From contig DAOTZA010000229.1 in the NCBI GenBank assembly GCA_034434515.1, positions 6,490-70,489 on the forward strand: DNA of 64,000 bases, in the 5' to 3' direction. The notes below the pieces were generated by a model. The model ran no database searches. It had not been told where the DNA came from and was given only the letters and a program-made list of their open reading frames with translations. Below are positions 9,767-19,222 of this stretch, one piece after another; positions within the stretch are counted from its first letter, which is position 1; the number at the start of each line of letters is the position of its first letter. Made by a program: the position numbers and the translations under genes. The stretch comes from Anaerolineales bacterium (GTDB lineage: Bacteria > Chloroflexota > Anaerolineae > Anaerolineales > UBA4823).

Positions 9767-10836
9767 TCTGGCGAGAAGGGGATTTTTGCCAGTTCGCGTT
9801 TGAAATTTTCGAGCATTTCAATTGGAGTCGGATCGACACCATAAGCGATTGCCAGATAATAGGCGATATAATCACCGAGTAACAAACTGGTCCATAATTG
9901 GGCAAGGGGAGTGTCTCCTTCGGCGTCAATAAAATCGGTGCCTAACCCCTGCAGCATAAACTCTCGTTTGGTCATTTCTAATCGTTGTTGATGGCGGGGG
10001 TGTAGAAAGCGAGAACGTAAAAACAGAGCCACGATTTGGCTTAACAGCGTTTCGGGGTTTTGGGTGCCGGTCAAGAGGTTATGGTTTGCTTCGGGGATCT
10101 CCTCCGATTGCGCCCAGGCTTTGGCAAGCTCGTTGATCTGCGTTTTCCAACGGCGCGCTACAGGAGCAAGAAATCCAGCCCCAAAGACTGAGACCCATCT
10201 ACCAATCAACTGACCTGCCATCCTTTTGGCGGGGTTTTGCACCGTAGGTATTTGGGGGTCGAGTTTCTTCTGCAAAATTGACATGGCCTGGATAGCACTA
10301 TCCAGCTCGAAAGTTGGATCGGCGATGGCTTTTAAGCGATACAACAGTGCCAGGATCAGGGTGAAGGAATATCCAACTGCCGCTCTCGGTTGTCCCCGAT
10401 AATCATATTTCCAAAGTGGGAAATTAAATTTGAGAGCCAGGTCTTCCAGTTTCCCACCGGTTGAGATTCCTAACAATGTACAGCCACGTTTATGGGCAAT
10501 CTCAAGGGCAATTAGGACCTCTTCGGTATTGCCGGAATGGGATGAACCCACTACCAGAAAAGAAGGACCACTTACCCAGGCTGGAATTTCGTAATCCCGA
10601 ACGAGAGTATAAGGAATTGAGAGCTGGTTATTGATATAGTTTTGAACTAAGTCAGCTCCAATCGCCGATCCACCTACACCAACAACAATGATTTGCTTTA
10701 GGGAGTTTGATTTAGGCGCTTCCTGATTCAGCCCTAACTTCCACCCGTTATCTAACTGGTCAGCAAGATGTTGCAAATGCCAGAGCATATTTTGTTGGTC
10801 ATAACGTGTGTAGATAGATGGATCATCAAAAATCAT
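9763..10836 (-). CDS. Bifunctional phosphoglucose/phosphomannose isomerase (SIS family, PGI/PMI)
   Basis: GVGGSAIG, SHSGNTEE, QPRAA, RWKTQINE and EIPEANHN motifs. Confidence 0.88.
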   Translation of the reverse strand: MIFDDPSIYTRYDQQNMLWHLQHLADQLDNGWKLGLNQEAPKSNSLKQIIVVGVGGSAIGADLVQNYINNQLSIPYTLVRDYEIPAWVSGPSFLVVGSSHSGNTEEVLIALEIAHKRGCTLLGISTGGKLEDLALKFNFPLWKYDYRGQPRAAVGYSFTLILALLYRLKAIADPTFELDSAIQAMSILQKKLDPQIPTVQNPAKRMAGQLIGRWVSVFGAGFLAPVARRWKTQINELAKAWAQSEEIPEANHNLLTGTQNPETLLSQIVALFLRSRFLHPRHQQRLEMTKREFMLQGLGTDFIDAEGDTPLAQLWTSLLLGDYIAYYLAIAYGVDPTPIEMLENFKRELAKIPFSPD

Positions 10837-10882
10837 TGTCTCCTCCCGGAAAGTAAGTTTAGAGATTATATTGTAACGTGAA

Positions 10883-10908
10883 TTCGAGATTTATTGAGAC
10901 ATCTCGAA
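10883..10908. terminator. Small hairpin between rsmI and pgi/pmi (possible terminator)
   Basis: TTCGAGAT-10 nt-ATCTCGAA, an 8-bp stem. No clear U-tract. Confidence 0.3.
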
Positions 10909-10938
10909 GGCAAACGGCATGATTTTGGAGACAACGGA

Positions 10939-11769
10939 TTAGGGATTTGATTTGAGTTGTAAGGCTCTTCGATAAATCTCCCGGCTTTGCCAGCCAGACT
11001 CAGTAGCTAAAAGATTTGCCAGCTTTTTGAGGTTTGTTCCTGCTTTTAAGTGCAAGCGAATTTGTTCCAGCAAACGCGCTTCATCCCAAAGTTGCGGGGA
11101 TTGCGGGGCGCCTTCGATGATAATGGTAATCTCACCCCGCGGGGTTTGGGCAGAGAAGTGATCCAGGGCTTGGGCGAGGTTGCCTCGCCAAAATTCCTCA
11201 TAAAGCTTGGTAAGCTCGCGAGCGATAACCAGCTTACGATTGCCTAAGGTTTGATACAGGAAGTCCAGGGTTTTCAGTAGCCGGTGAGGAGCTTCCAAAA
11301 TCACAAGGGTATATGGGACGGAGATGACTTTTTCAATGATTTGTTTGCGCTCGGTTACCTTACGGGGTAAGAAGCCTAGATACAGAAAATGATTGGCAGG
11401 CAAGCCAGAAGCAACCAGGGCGGCAACCGGCGCGCAGGGTCCAGGAATCGGGCTGACTCGATGTCCGTTTGCAATAGCTGCGTTAACCAATTCAAAACCA
11501 GGATCGTTCAATCCTGGCGTGCCACTATCCGAAACCAGAGCCACATCTCCCTTTTGAAGGGCTTCAAGCAGGAGGGGGATGCGCCGGATTTCGTTTTGAT
11601 CGTAGAGGCTGATCATTCGATTGTGGATTTGGTAATGGGTTAACAGTTTTTGGGTGACGCGAGTATCTTCGGCTGCAATCAGCGAAACTTTTTTGAGAAT
11701 TTCAATCGCTCTCAGGGTGATGTCAGCTAAGTTGCCAATGGGAGTTGCTACCAGATAGAGAGTGCTCAT
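10939..11769 (-). CDS. rsmI: 16S rRNA (cytidine1402-2'-O)-methyltransferase
   Basis: LYLVATPIGNLADITLRA, AEDTR, LVSDSGTPG, EAPHRL and ARELTKLYEE. Confidence 0.96.
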   Translation of the reverse strand: MSTLYLVATPIGNLADITLRAIEILKKVSLIAAEDTRVTQKLLTHYQIHNRMISLYDQNEIRRIPLLLEALQKGDVALVSDSGTPGLNDPGFELVNAAIANGHRVSPIPGPCAPVAALVASGLPANHFLYLGFLPRKVTERKQIIEKVISVPYTLVILEAPHRLLKTLDFLYQTLGNRKLVIARELTKLYEEFWRGNLAQALDHFSAQTPRGEITIIIEGAPQSPQLWDEARLLEQIRLHLKAGTNLKKLANLLATESGWQSREIYRRALQLKSNP

Positions 11770-12935
11770 GGTTGCAGAGATGACTTGATCATCGGTTTCG
11801 AAGGCAATTTATCGAAAATGATTTTCGCGATATCCATTGCTGCTGTGGGTCTGGCGATTCTCCTGCATGCCTGAACAGCTTGTTGATAACTCTCTGGATT
11901 TTCTAGCCAGGTCTGTAAGGCTTGCGTAAGGCTTTCATCGGTCGGAGTCCAAAATCCGGCGCCGCGGGAAACGACATATGAGACATTGCCATCTTCCTGT
12001 CCGGGCAAACGCGAATATAACAGCATTGGTAAGCCGGCATTAATGGCTTCGGTGATGGTCCCTGGACCGGCTTTTGTGATAAGAATGTCGGCTGCCTGCA
12101 TGAAGTCGGGCATATCATGCACAAAGCCATATACCTTGACCATTTGTTTCCACTGTCTGGATTCAAGCGAGTGTTTTAATTTTTGATTGCGGCCGCAGAC
12201 GACAACCAAACAAACCGGTAGGGGGAAGCGGTCAACATTGAGGGCGACGCGTTCCATTGGCCCCATCCCTTCACCACCACCCACCAGCAGCAAGATGGGG
12301 CGATCTTGAGGCCAACCCAATTTTTGCCGCATCGTTGGTTTATCGGCGGGAGGTTGACAGAATCGTTGGGCTACCGGCAAACCGATGACTCGCACTTGAT
12401 CTTCTCTCAACCCACACAGAAATGCCCTTTGGCGGGCTTCTTCGGTTGGGACAATACACAAATCGACCCGCCGGTGATACCAGAAAGCATGGGTGGTAAC
12501 AAGATCGGTAACGACCGTGATGAATGGCGGTCTGCGTTCGCCAAGCGCCCGTAGGATTGGTGCGTTAGCGATCGGATGAACTGAAACGATTAGGTCGCTG
12601 GGATGTGATTTCACCAGCTTGCGGATGTTTTGGCGGACAAGAGGCCAGGCGCTATCGGCAATGAGTTTTGCCCGGCGAGAATCGTTGCTGATATAATACC
12701 CCCATCCCCAGGCTTGCGGCACCCGCACCATAATTGGATAGAGCTCCGGTAACAGGTCAAAGGGCTTTGGGGCATATTGTTTGAAGATGTCCACCATTTC
12801 GGTTTGAATAGCATCCCCATATTGAATTTGTAGCGCTTCAATGATTGCTTCGGCAGCGCTGCGGTGTCCTCCGCCGGTGTCAGAAAACAAGAAAAGAATG
12901 CGAGCTGGTTCAGGGTTGGTTGGTTGAGGCATCAT
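11766..12935 (-). CDS. MGDG-synthase/UgtP-like glycosyltransferase (GT28)
   Basis: SDTGGGH, VSVHP, TVVTD, IGLPV, GGGEG and [11 protein letters not shown]...GQEDGN. Confidence 0.88.
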   Translation of the reverse strand: MMPQPTNPEPARILFLFSDTGGGHRSAAEAIIEALQIQYGDAIQTEMVDIFKQYAPKPFDLLPELYPIMVRVPQAWGWGYYISNDSRRAKLIADSAWPLVRQNIRKLVKSHPSDLIVSVHPIANAPILRALGERRPPFITVVTDLVTTHAFWYHRRVDLCIVPTEEARQRAFLCGLREDQVRVIGLPVAQRFCQPPADKPTMRQKLGWPQDRPILLLVGGGEGMGPMERVALNVDRFPLPVCLVVVCGRNQKLKHSLESRQWKQMVKVYGFVHDMPDFMQAADILITKAGPGTITEAINAGLPMLLYSRLPGQEDGNVSYVVSRGAGFWTPTDESLTQALQTWLENPESYQQAVQACRRIARPTAAMDIAKIIFDKLPSKPMIKSSLQP

Positions 12936-13125
12936 GGGATTGGGATAGGATTACTTTTTTGAGTCGATGAGCCAGTTCACGGCGCGACAGCAGTACCCGC
13001 CGGCCGCATACTAAACATTGCAAGCCAATATCTGCACCCAAACGGACAACCCGCCATTCGTAGCTGCCACATGGATGCGGTTTGCGTAAACGGACAATGT
13101 CATCAAGTTGTAGCTCCGGTAACAT
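12910..13125 (-). CDS. DUF951 family small Zn-ribbon protein
   Basis: [36 protein letters not shown] is the DUF951 pattern. Confidence 0.88.
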   Translation of the reverse strand: MLPELQLDDIVRLRKPHPCGSYEWRVVRLGADIGLQCLVCGRRVLLSRRELAHRLKKVILSQSHDASTNQP

Positions 13126-13297
13126 CTGCTTTACAAAAACTGGTCGAATACCTTGTCCTCGGAAGTGAGGCAGTGGTTTTTCAGATTATAACACGCTCAG
13201 TTTTTGCTTCTCGGGAAAGATGCCGGGCAATAGCATCCAGAGAGTAGGTACAGGTGTGGGTTAAAGAAGCAATAATTCGCTGATCGCAGAGGGAGAA

Positions 13298-13306
13298 TGG
13301 TATAAT
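13298..13306 (+). promoter_or_regulatory. Extended -10 promoter element for the site-2 protease operon
   Basis: TGGTATAAT ends 25 nt before ATG 13332, with SD-like GAGG in between. Confidence 0.55.
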
Positions 13307-13331
13307 CCCCTTACACAAGAGGTAGATTCTT

Positions 13332-13976
13332 ATGTTGAATTTGGATTTTTCAACCCTGCTTGCGCATTTATTTGTGTTATTAACCGCCTTTTCAGTGCAT
13401 GAGTTTGCTCATGCCTGGACGGCTAATTATTTCGGTGACCCGACGCCCAGGATGAACGGCCGTTTGACGTTAAACCCCTTAGCCCATCTTGATCCAATTG
13501 GCTCTTTGCTTTTATTGGTGGCTGGCTTCGGTTGGGCAAAACCCGTGCCGGTCAATCCCTATGCTCTGCAACGCAAGTCCTCTTCAGCGATGATGCTTGT
13601 CGCCCTAGCTGGGCCTCTCTCCAATCTGGGGATGGCTCTTCTGGCTGCGATTCCCTTCCGTATGGGATGGGTTTCCCTGGATGAAGCCATTTTAGCCATC
13701 CAAACCCGTTCAAATCATCTCTTGCCAACCCTTCCGCAATTGTTATTTGTTTTTATCCAGATCAACCTCTTGTTGATGCTCTTTAACCTATTACCGATTG
13801 CCCCTCTGGACGGTGAAAAAATTGCCGAGTATTTCTTTCCCCCAAAGTGGGTACAATTTTTAGATGCGATTCGACCTTATGGCCCGCTCATCTTGATGGC
13901 AATCGTCTTTTTGGGTGTTTTGGGTTATATTATCAGTCCGCCTTTATGGTTTCTCATGAGGATTTTGGTTGGGTAG
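13332..13976 (+). CDS. Site-2 protease (peptidase M50)
   Basis: HEFAH, NPLAHLDP, ALAGPLSN and FNLLPIAPLDG. Confidence 0.92.
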   Translation: MLNLDFSTLLAHLFVLLTAFSVHEFAHAWTANYFGDPTPRMNGRLTLNPLAHLDPIGSLLLLVAGFGWAKPVPVNPYALQRKSSSAMMLVALAGPLSNLGMALLAAIPFRMGWVSLDEAILAIQTRSNHLLPTLPQLLFVFIQINLLLMLFNLLPIAPLDGEKIAEYFFPPKWVQFLDAIRPYGPLILMAIVFLGVLGYIISPPLWFLMRILVG

Positions 13977-14513
13977 TTGGTTAATTGGAGTTATCGCCTT
14001 TGGCAATTTTGGAAAACCATCTGGGCGAAGCCAACGTTGAGCGACCGAGAGCTTGTGGAGCAATTTCTGGCACCGCCGCTCGTGCAACTCTTTGAGCGTC
14101 TTGACCCCTCTGAGCAAGCTCATGCGGTACGGGTTTGTCGAAAGCTAATCGCTGAAGGAGAAACGAACCCGCTTTTCCTCACTGCAGCTCTGCTTCATGA
14201 CATTGGGAAAATTTGCTATCCTTTACGATTGTGGGAACGAGTCTGGATTGTACTCTTTGGTGGGATGGTCAAGAAAATGGCAAAACCGTTGATCCTGAGC
14301 GACGAACAGTTAGAGAGGGCTGCGTGGTGGAAACGACCCTTGCTGGTGGGGAAATTCCATCCGTCTTGGGGGGCAGAGATATTGCGTTCTAATGGGGTTG
14401 ATGAGCGGATTGTATGGCTGGTGCAATACCATCAGGATGCCAATGGAATTGATCCAAAGCATCCTCAGGCAAGCTGGTTGCAAAAATTGGGGCGAGCAGA
14501 TGAGCTATGTTAA
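13977..14513 (+). CDS. HD-domain metal-dependent phosphohydrolase
   Basis: H...LLHDIGK...HPSWGAEIL...YH...D. The TTG start directly follows the upstream TAG, so the start is uncertain. Confidence 0.75.
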   Translation: MVNWSYRLWQFWKTIWAKPTLSDRELVEQFLAPPLVQLFERLDPSEQAHAVRVCRKLIAEGETNPLFLTAALLHDIGKICYPLRLWERVWIVLFGGMVKKMAKPLILSDEQLERAAWWKRPLLVGKFHPSWGAEILRSNGVDERIVWLVQYHQDANGIDPKHPQASWLQKLGRADELC

Positions 14514-14523
14514 GGAGATACCG

Positions 14524-15516
14524 ATGAGAATAACCATTCTCGGATTGGGGAAAACGGGCAGTTCCCTAGGATTAGCGCTGAGAAGGAAATCAGAAGACCT
14601 CCAGCGAATCGGACATGATCGGGACATTGGTGTGGCAAAAGAGGCGCAGAAAGTGGGAGCGATTGATACTGTAGCTATCAACCTTCATCAGGCCGTGCAA
14701 GATGCTGATGTCGTTTTCTTGGCTATTCCCTTTGATCAGGTTCATGAAACGCTTCAGCAAATTGCCCAAGACCTGAAAGAAGGCGCTGTTTTGATCGATC
14801 TCAGCCCTGCCAAGCAAAAAATCGCCGAATGGACGAGAGAATTGCTTCCTGCAAGAAGATATTATGTGGGCTGGAACATAGCGATTAACCCCGCCTACTT
14901 GCAAGATACCCGCAAAGGGGTAAATGCTTCACGGCAAGATTACTTTCAGCAGGGGGTTGTGGCAGTCACAGCTCCATCGGGCACACCATCTGGGGTTTTC
15001 GAATTGATCACGGCCTTGATCAAAAGTATTGGAGCTGAGCCGCTCTTTGCCGATGCCCTGGAGATGGATGGCGTGCTTGCCGAAGCACAAGTTATTCCGC
15101 AATTGCTTTCGGCGCTGATGGTCTATACGCTCACCCAGCAACCTGGTTGGCGAGAAGCTCGCAAGTTTGCTGCGCAGGATTTTCTTGAGATGGGAATGCC
15201 TTTAGTAAACTCTGTCTCTGCTGAAGAATTATCCCAAACCCTCTTTGCCAATCGGGAACTGATCAAGCGGTTGATCAACGAACTGCTTATTGCATTGGTA
15301 GAGTGGCGAGAGTATCTGCTCAATGACGAGATTGGGGCATTAACCCAGAGCCTCTCGGAAGCCCAACAACGCTTTGAAAAATGGCAAACCGAACGCACGG
15401 CAGCAAACTGGATACTGGAGGAGACCGGTATTCGCAGCGAAGATTTGCCAACCTCAGGAGAGGTCTTTGGGCGATTACTGGGGGTTGGGAACCGGAACAA
15501 GAAACAAAAGAAATGA
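14524..15516 (+). CDS. Prephenate/arogenate dehydrogenase (TyrA)-family protein with a degenerate active site
   Basis: Rossmann [10 protein letters not shown] and DVVFLAIP are present, but the HPM motif reads WNI. SD AAGGAG precedes ATG 14524. Confidence 0.72.
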   Translation: MRITILGLGKTGSSLGLALRRKSEDLQRIGHDRDIGVAKEAQKVGAIDTVAINLHQAVQDADVVFLAIPFDQVHETLQQIAQDLKEGAVLIDLSPAKQKIAEWTRELLPARRYYVGWNIAINPAYLQDTRKGVNASRQDYFQQGVVAVTAPSGTPSGVFELITALIKSIGAEPLFADALEMDGVLAEAQVIPQLLSALMVYTLTQQPGWREARKFAAQDFLEMGMPLVNSVSAEELSQTLFANRELIKRLINELLIALVEWREYLLNDEIGALTQSLSEAQQRFEKWQTERTAANWILEETGIRSEDLPTSGEVFGRLLGVGNRNKKQKK

Positions 15517-15545
15517 CGGATAGAGAATTGATAAGGAGGTCTGAA

Positions 15546-16727
15546 ATGACATCACCTTTAGCCTGGATTCAAGATGAGATCGAGACTCTTAAAACTTCGG
15601 GGTTGTATAATCGCATCCGCACGCTAAGCTCGCCACAGGGAGCCTGGTTGTTGGTGGATGGCAAAAAAGTGTTGAATTTTTGTTCAAATAATTATTTGGG
15701 GCTGGCGAACCATCCGAAAGTTATTCAGGCAGCAAGGGAGGCAATGGACAAATATGGGGTTGGTCCTGCAGCCGTGCGCACAATTGCTGGCACAATGGAT
15801 TTGCACGTTGAACTGGAAAGACGTCTGGCAGCCTTCAAAGGGGTTGAATCGGCCATTACTTTTCAGTCCGGATTCAACGCCAATTTAGCCACCATACCTG
15901 CTTTGGTGGGGAAAGAAGATGTCATATTTTCCGATGAACTCAATCACGCCAGCATCATCGATGGTTGCCGCCTCTCCGGAGCAAAAATTATCCGCTATAA
16001 CCACTGCGATCCGCAGGATTTAGAAAAGGCACTGTTCGAAGAACGCCGCGATCACCCCCGTGCCCTGGTGGTCACCGATGGGGTCTTTAGCATGGATGGG
16101 GATATCGCTCCGCTGGATCAAATCTATGAGGTGGCAAAGAAACACGAGGCCATCCTCATGGTGGATGATGCTCACGGGGAGGGCGTGCTTGGAAGAGGTG
16201 GACGGGGCATCGTTGATCATTACCAGTTGCACGGAAAGGTAGATGTCGAGATCGGGACACTTTCCAAAGCCTTTGGTGTGATTGGAGGGGTTGTTGCAGG
16301 CAATAGCTTGATCGTCGAGTGGTTGCGGCAGCGTGGCCGGCCATTTTTGTTCTCCTCTGCGATGACGGTTCCCGACACTGCTGCCTGTTTAGCCAGCCTT
16401 GAAATTCTGGAAAGCTCAACCGAGTTAGTCGATCGACTCTGGGAAAATACGCGTTACTTCAAGGAAGAGATGCGCAAAGCTGGCTTTGATTTGGGGAAAA
16501 GCGTTACCCCAATTACACCAGTCATGCTCGGCGAAGCGCCCTTAGCCCAGGAGTTCAGTAAAGCTCTATTTGATGAAGGCGTATTTGCGATGGCGATCGG
16601 ATTCCCTACGGTACCCCGCGGCAAAGCGCGCATTCGGGTCATGATATCTGCTGCTCACCAAAAAGAAGATTTGGAACGCGGCCTGGAAATTTTTACCAAA
16701 GTTGGAAAGAAACTAAAGGTAATTTAA
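15546..16727 (+). CDS. kbl: Glycine C-acetyltransferase / 8-amino-7-oxononanoate synthase family
   Basis: [36 protein letters not shown] and GTLSKAFG (PLP Lys). SD AGGAGG precedes ATG 15546. Confidence 0.88.
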   Translation: MTSPLAWIQDEIETLKTSGLYNRIRTLSSPQGAWLLVDGKKVLNFCSNNYLGLANHPKVIQAAREAMDKYGVGPAAVRTIAGTMDLHVELERRLAAFKGVESAITFQSGFNANLATIPALVGKEDVIFSDELNHASIIDGCRLSGAKIIRYNHCDPQDLEKALFEERRDHPRALVVTDGVFSMDGDIAPLDQIYEVAKKHEAILMVDDAHGEGVLGRGGRGIVDHYQLHGKVDVEIGTLSKAFGVIGGVVAGNSLIVEWLRQRGRPFLFSSAMTVPDTAACLASLEILESSTELVDRLWENTRYFKEEMRKAGFDLGKSVTPITPVMLGEAPLAQEFSKALFDEGVFAMAIGFPTVPRGKARIRVMISAAHQKEDLERGLEIFTKVGKKLKVI

Positions 16728-16960
16728 CCGCGGTCAGCAAACGGGTCCACCAAAGGATTGGTTCCAGACCAAACGCAGCCCGCGTGAGCGTCATAATTAC
16801 AAATTGTGCCATGCGAACAGCGATGGGCAAGGACGCGTGGCGGGGTATCCGGCAACCATTCAGCAGGATAGACCACTTCGGCTTCAAAATAAACGTCACA
16901 ACCAGCTTGATTGCAAAATCGAGTTTTGTAGATTTCCCAAACTTTCGTTGCCATCATCAC
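16724..16960 (-). CDS. Small Cys/His-rich hypothetical protein
   Basis: Strong SD (AAGGAGA) before GTG/ATG. Pattern C-x4-C...HRC-x5-C...C. Its stop overlaps the kbl stop by 4 bp. Confidence 0.65.
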   Translation of the reverse strand: MMMATKVWEIYKTRFCNQAGCDVYFEAEVVYPAEWLPDTPPRVLAHRCSHGTICNYDAHAGCVWSGTNPLVDPFADRG

Positions 16961-16980
16961 TCTCCTTGCATGTTGATTAT

Positions 16981-16997
16981 GGTCTATAGTATAGACC
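16981..16997. promoter_or_regulatory. Perfect palindrome, candidate operator
   Basis: GGTCTATA-G-TATAGACC lies 20 nt upstream of the small minus-strand gene. Confidence 0.45.
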
Positions 16998-17130
16998 TGT
17001 GTTCCTGGGATGCAAAGTGTCAGGTGTCATGAATAAACTTGATAAATTTCGTCTATTTGGGATAATAACTATCGGGCGGATTTGTTTGGAAATGCAAGAG
17101 CTTTTGAAGACGGGATTTATTGATGAATTT

Positions 17131-17160
17131 TTGGCAGCGCTCGGGAATCTCGATTATAAT
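17131..17160 (+). promoter_or_regulatory. Sigma70-type promoter of the peptide ABC operon
   Basis: TTGGCA-18 nt-TATAAT, predicting a leader of about 210 nt. Confidence 0.55.
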
Positions 17161-17177
17161 ATTGGACACGCAAAGAG

Positions 17178-17256
17178 ATCATGGGCAGGGTGCTTTTTTC
17201 ACAATCCTTCAAGCGAGATGCCATACCCTAACTGTTTATCTGCGTTTGCCCATGAT
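17178..17256 (+). ncRNA. Candidate cis-regulatory leader RNA with partial TPP-riboswitch-like features
   Basis: 10-bp outer stem ATCATGGGCA/TGCCCATGAT encloses GGGTG/TACCC, GCTT/AAGC and a GAGA junction. The P4/P5 arm is missing. Confidence 0.3.
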
Positions 17257-17378
17257 GCCCGTTATGGATCGCGAATCTATTTACTAAACAGGAGGTGGTC
17301 GAAGAAAAAAAGTTTCTCAATATCCCAAATCAATTTCCCAAAAATTTCGTAAAATCTATTTATTCAGGAGGAGAAAGT

Positions 17379-19157
17379 ATGACTCGAAAAATGCTAACCG
17401 TCATTGGAACGGGGTTGTTGTTGGTGAGCTTCATTTTAGGAGCTTGTGCCCAACCGACTCCCGCTCCTGCGCCAGAGCAACCTGCTGCCACTGAAGCCCC
17501 AGCAAAAACGGAAGCTCCAGCAGCAACCGAAGCCCCGGCTGCAACGGAAGCTCCGGTCGAAGAAACACCGCCGCCCAAGGTACCCATTGCGATTTACGAT
17601 GGGAAAAGCCTTTCCGTACCGGATTGTGAGTATGGCGGCCTTATCAAATCTATTGAAGCCACCGATGATCACACGGTAACCTTCACGCTGTGTAAACCTG
17701 ACCCGGCTTTTGAAGTCAAATTGGGTTTCGGTGTCTTCTCAATTTACCCCAAGGAATGGATTGAAGCCACAGCCGGAGAGAGCACCCGCGCCAGCGAGGG
17801 TTTGGAAAGACCGGTTGGGACAGGCCCCTACAAAATCCAGGAATGGAAACGTGGCGATAGCGTTGTGCTGGTCAAGAACCCAGATTACTGGGATCAAGAA
17901 TTGATTAAGAATGCGCCTGACACGTTAATATTCCGCTGGTCAACCGAGTCGGCCGCTCGTTTGCTGGAATTGCAAGCTGGCACCATTGATGGCTTTGATA
18001 ACGTCGGGCCTGAAGATTTTGAGGTGGTGACGAACGATCCCAATCTTCAACTGGTCGTTCGCCCGGCTTTGAATATCTTTTATATCGGCATGACCAACAC
18101 CTATCCTCCCTTTGACAACGTCAAGGTGCGCCAGGCGGTTGCCATGGGCATCGACCGCCAACGAATTGTGGACACCTTCTATCCTCCAGGTTCTGAAGTG
18201 GCTTCGCACTTCACTCCTTGCGCCATCCCGAATGGTTGCACGGGTGAACCGTGGTACGACTTCGACCCCGAAGCCGCCAGAGCTTTATTGGCTGAGGCGG
18301 GATATCCGGATGGCTTCCAGACCAAACTCTATTACCGCGATGTCGTGCGCGGTTATCTGCCCCAGGTTGCCAATGTCGCCCAGGATATCCAGGCGCAGTT
18401 GAAGGAAAACCTGAACATCGATGCGGAAATTGTGGTCATGGAATCCGGCGCCTTCCTCGAGGCTTCAGCTTCTGGACAGCTCAATGGGTTCCATCTCTTA
18501 GGCTGGACCGGTGACTATCCACACATTACCAACTTCCTTGACTACCACTTTGGTAAGGAAACTCAGCAATTTGGCAAGATTCCGCCCGAAATTTACGAGC
18601 CTCTGATTGAAGGTGGAAAAATTGCCGATGTCGATCAGGCCGCGCCAGTCTATGAGCGGGCAAACAACGCCATCCGTGAATTTGTCCCCATGGTGCCGGT
18701 AGCCCATGGTGCTTCTGCTACAGCCTATCGAGCAGATGTGACTAACCCACAAGCCAGTCCCCTGGGGAACGAGCGCTTTGTTTTCTCCAAAGGTGGCGAC
18801 CGCGATACCTTCGTGTTCATGCAGAATGCTGAGCCAATCAGCCTGTTCTGCGCTGATGAAACCGATGGTGAATCGCTCCGACCATGCGAGCAAATCACCG
18901 AAGCCCTCTTTGCGTTCAAAATCAATACGACCGAGCTTGAACCAGGACTGGCAGAGAGCTGTGAGCCCAATGCAGACTTGACTCAGTGGGTTTGCAAGCT
19001 GCGCCAGGGCGTCAAGTTCCACGATGGCAGTGACTTCACCGCCGAAGATGTGGTGGCAACCTTCAATATGGGCTTGAACCCGGGTTCGCCAACGCACGTC
19101 GGCAACACCAATCTGTGGGATTATTACGACTATCTGTGGGGCTTGATGTGGAAGTAA
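17379..19157 (+). CDS. Family-5 peptide ABC substrate-binding lipoprotein, circularly permuted DppA-like
   Basis: Lipobox LGAC and AATEAP linker. Core motifs VGTGPY, VRQAVAMGIDR, YDFDPEAARALL and GWTGD. The canonical N-terminal motif (PGLAES...LRQGVKFHDG...TAEDV) lies at the C-terminus. Confidence 0.92.
   Translation: MTRKMLTVIGTGLLLVSFILGACAQPTPAPAPEQPAATEAPAKTEAPAATEAPAATEAPVEETPPPKVPIAIYDGKSLSVPDCEYGGLIKSIEATDDHTVTFTLCKPDPAFEVKLGFGVFSIYPKEWIEATAGESTRASEGLERPVGTGPYKIQEWKRGDSVVLVKNPDYWDQELIKNAPDTLIFRWSTESAARLLELQAGTIDGFDNVGPEDFEVVTNDPNLQLVVRPALNIFYIGMTNTYPPFDNVKVRQAVAMGIDRQRIVDTFYPPGSEVASHFTPCAIPNGCTGEPWYDFDPEAARALLAEAGYPDGFQTKLYYRDVVRGYLPQVANVAQDIQAQLKENLNIDAEIVVMESGAFLEASASGQLNGFHLLGWTGDYPHITNFLDYHFGKETQQFGKIPPEIYEPLIEGGKIADVDQAAPVYERANNAIREFVPMVPVAHGASATAYRADVTNPQASPLGNERFVFSKGGDRDTFVFMQNAEPISLFCADETDGESLRPCEQITEALFAFKINTTELEPGLAESCEPNADLTQWVCKLRQGVKFHDGSDFTAEDVVATFNMGLNPGSPTHVGNTNLWDYYDYLWGLMWK
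17481..17555 (+). repeat. Degenerate 18-bp tandem repeat encoding a (P-A-A/K-T-E-A)x4 flexible linker
   Basis: PAATEA PAKTEA PAATEA PAATEA follows the lipobox. Confidence 0.8.
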
Positions 19158-19176
19158 TCTAACCACGCGAAGCAAT

Positions 19177-19203
19177 ACGGGATGGCGAGCCTCGCCATCC
19201 CGT
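19177..19203. terminator. GC-rich hairpin after the SBP gene (mRNA stabiliser or attenuator)
   Basis: ACGGGATGGCGA-GCC-TCGCCATCCCGT is a perfect 12-bp stem with no U-tract, at the usual position in ABC importer operons. Confidence 0.65.
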
Positions 19204-19222
19204 CCGCTATTGACAAAGAACT

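Noticed and set aside
14392-15545. Long N-terminal extensions on the TyrA-like (from 14392) and kbl (from 15381) ORFs
   Set aside because: They overlap upstream genes, and strong SDs mark ATG 14524 and ATG 15546.
17161-17280. Calling the leader a canonical TPP, c-di-AMP (ydaO) or c-di-GMP-I riboswitch
   Set aside because: The TPP P4/P5 arm and AGGGA are missing, ydaO consensus blocks are not visible, and the GACACGCAAAG resemblance to c-di-GMP-I is too short. Kept only as a candidate variant.
17289-17297. AGGAGGTG strong SD-like sequence in the SBP leader as an upstream start
   Set aside because: No start codon at usable spacing. The GTG overlaps the SD itself, and the signal peptide begins at 17379.
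16999-17352. 117-aa ORF upstream of the SBP gene
   Set aside because: No recognisable motif or SD. It spans the predicted promoter and structured leader and overlaps the SBP frame extension.
18498-19175. 225-aa antisense ORF (likewise 3558..4268, 19603..20175, 45515..46060, 62336..62977 and other short ORFs)
   Set aside because: Shadow frames of well-supported genes, with no motifs or SD.
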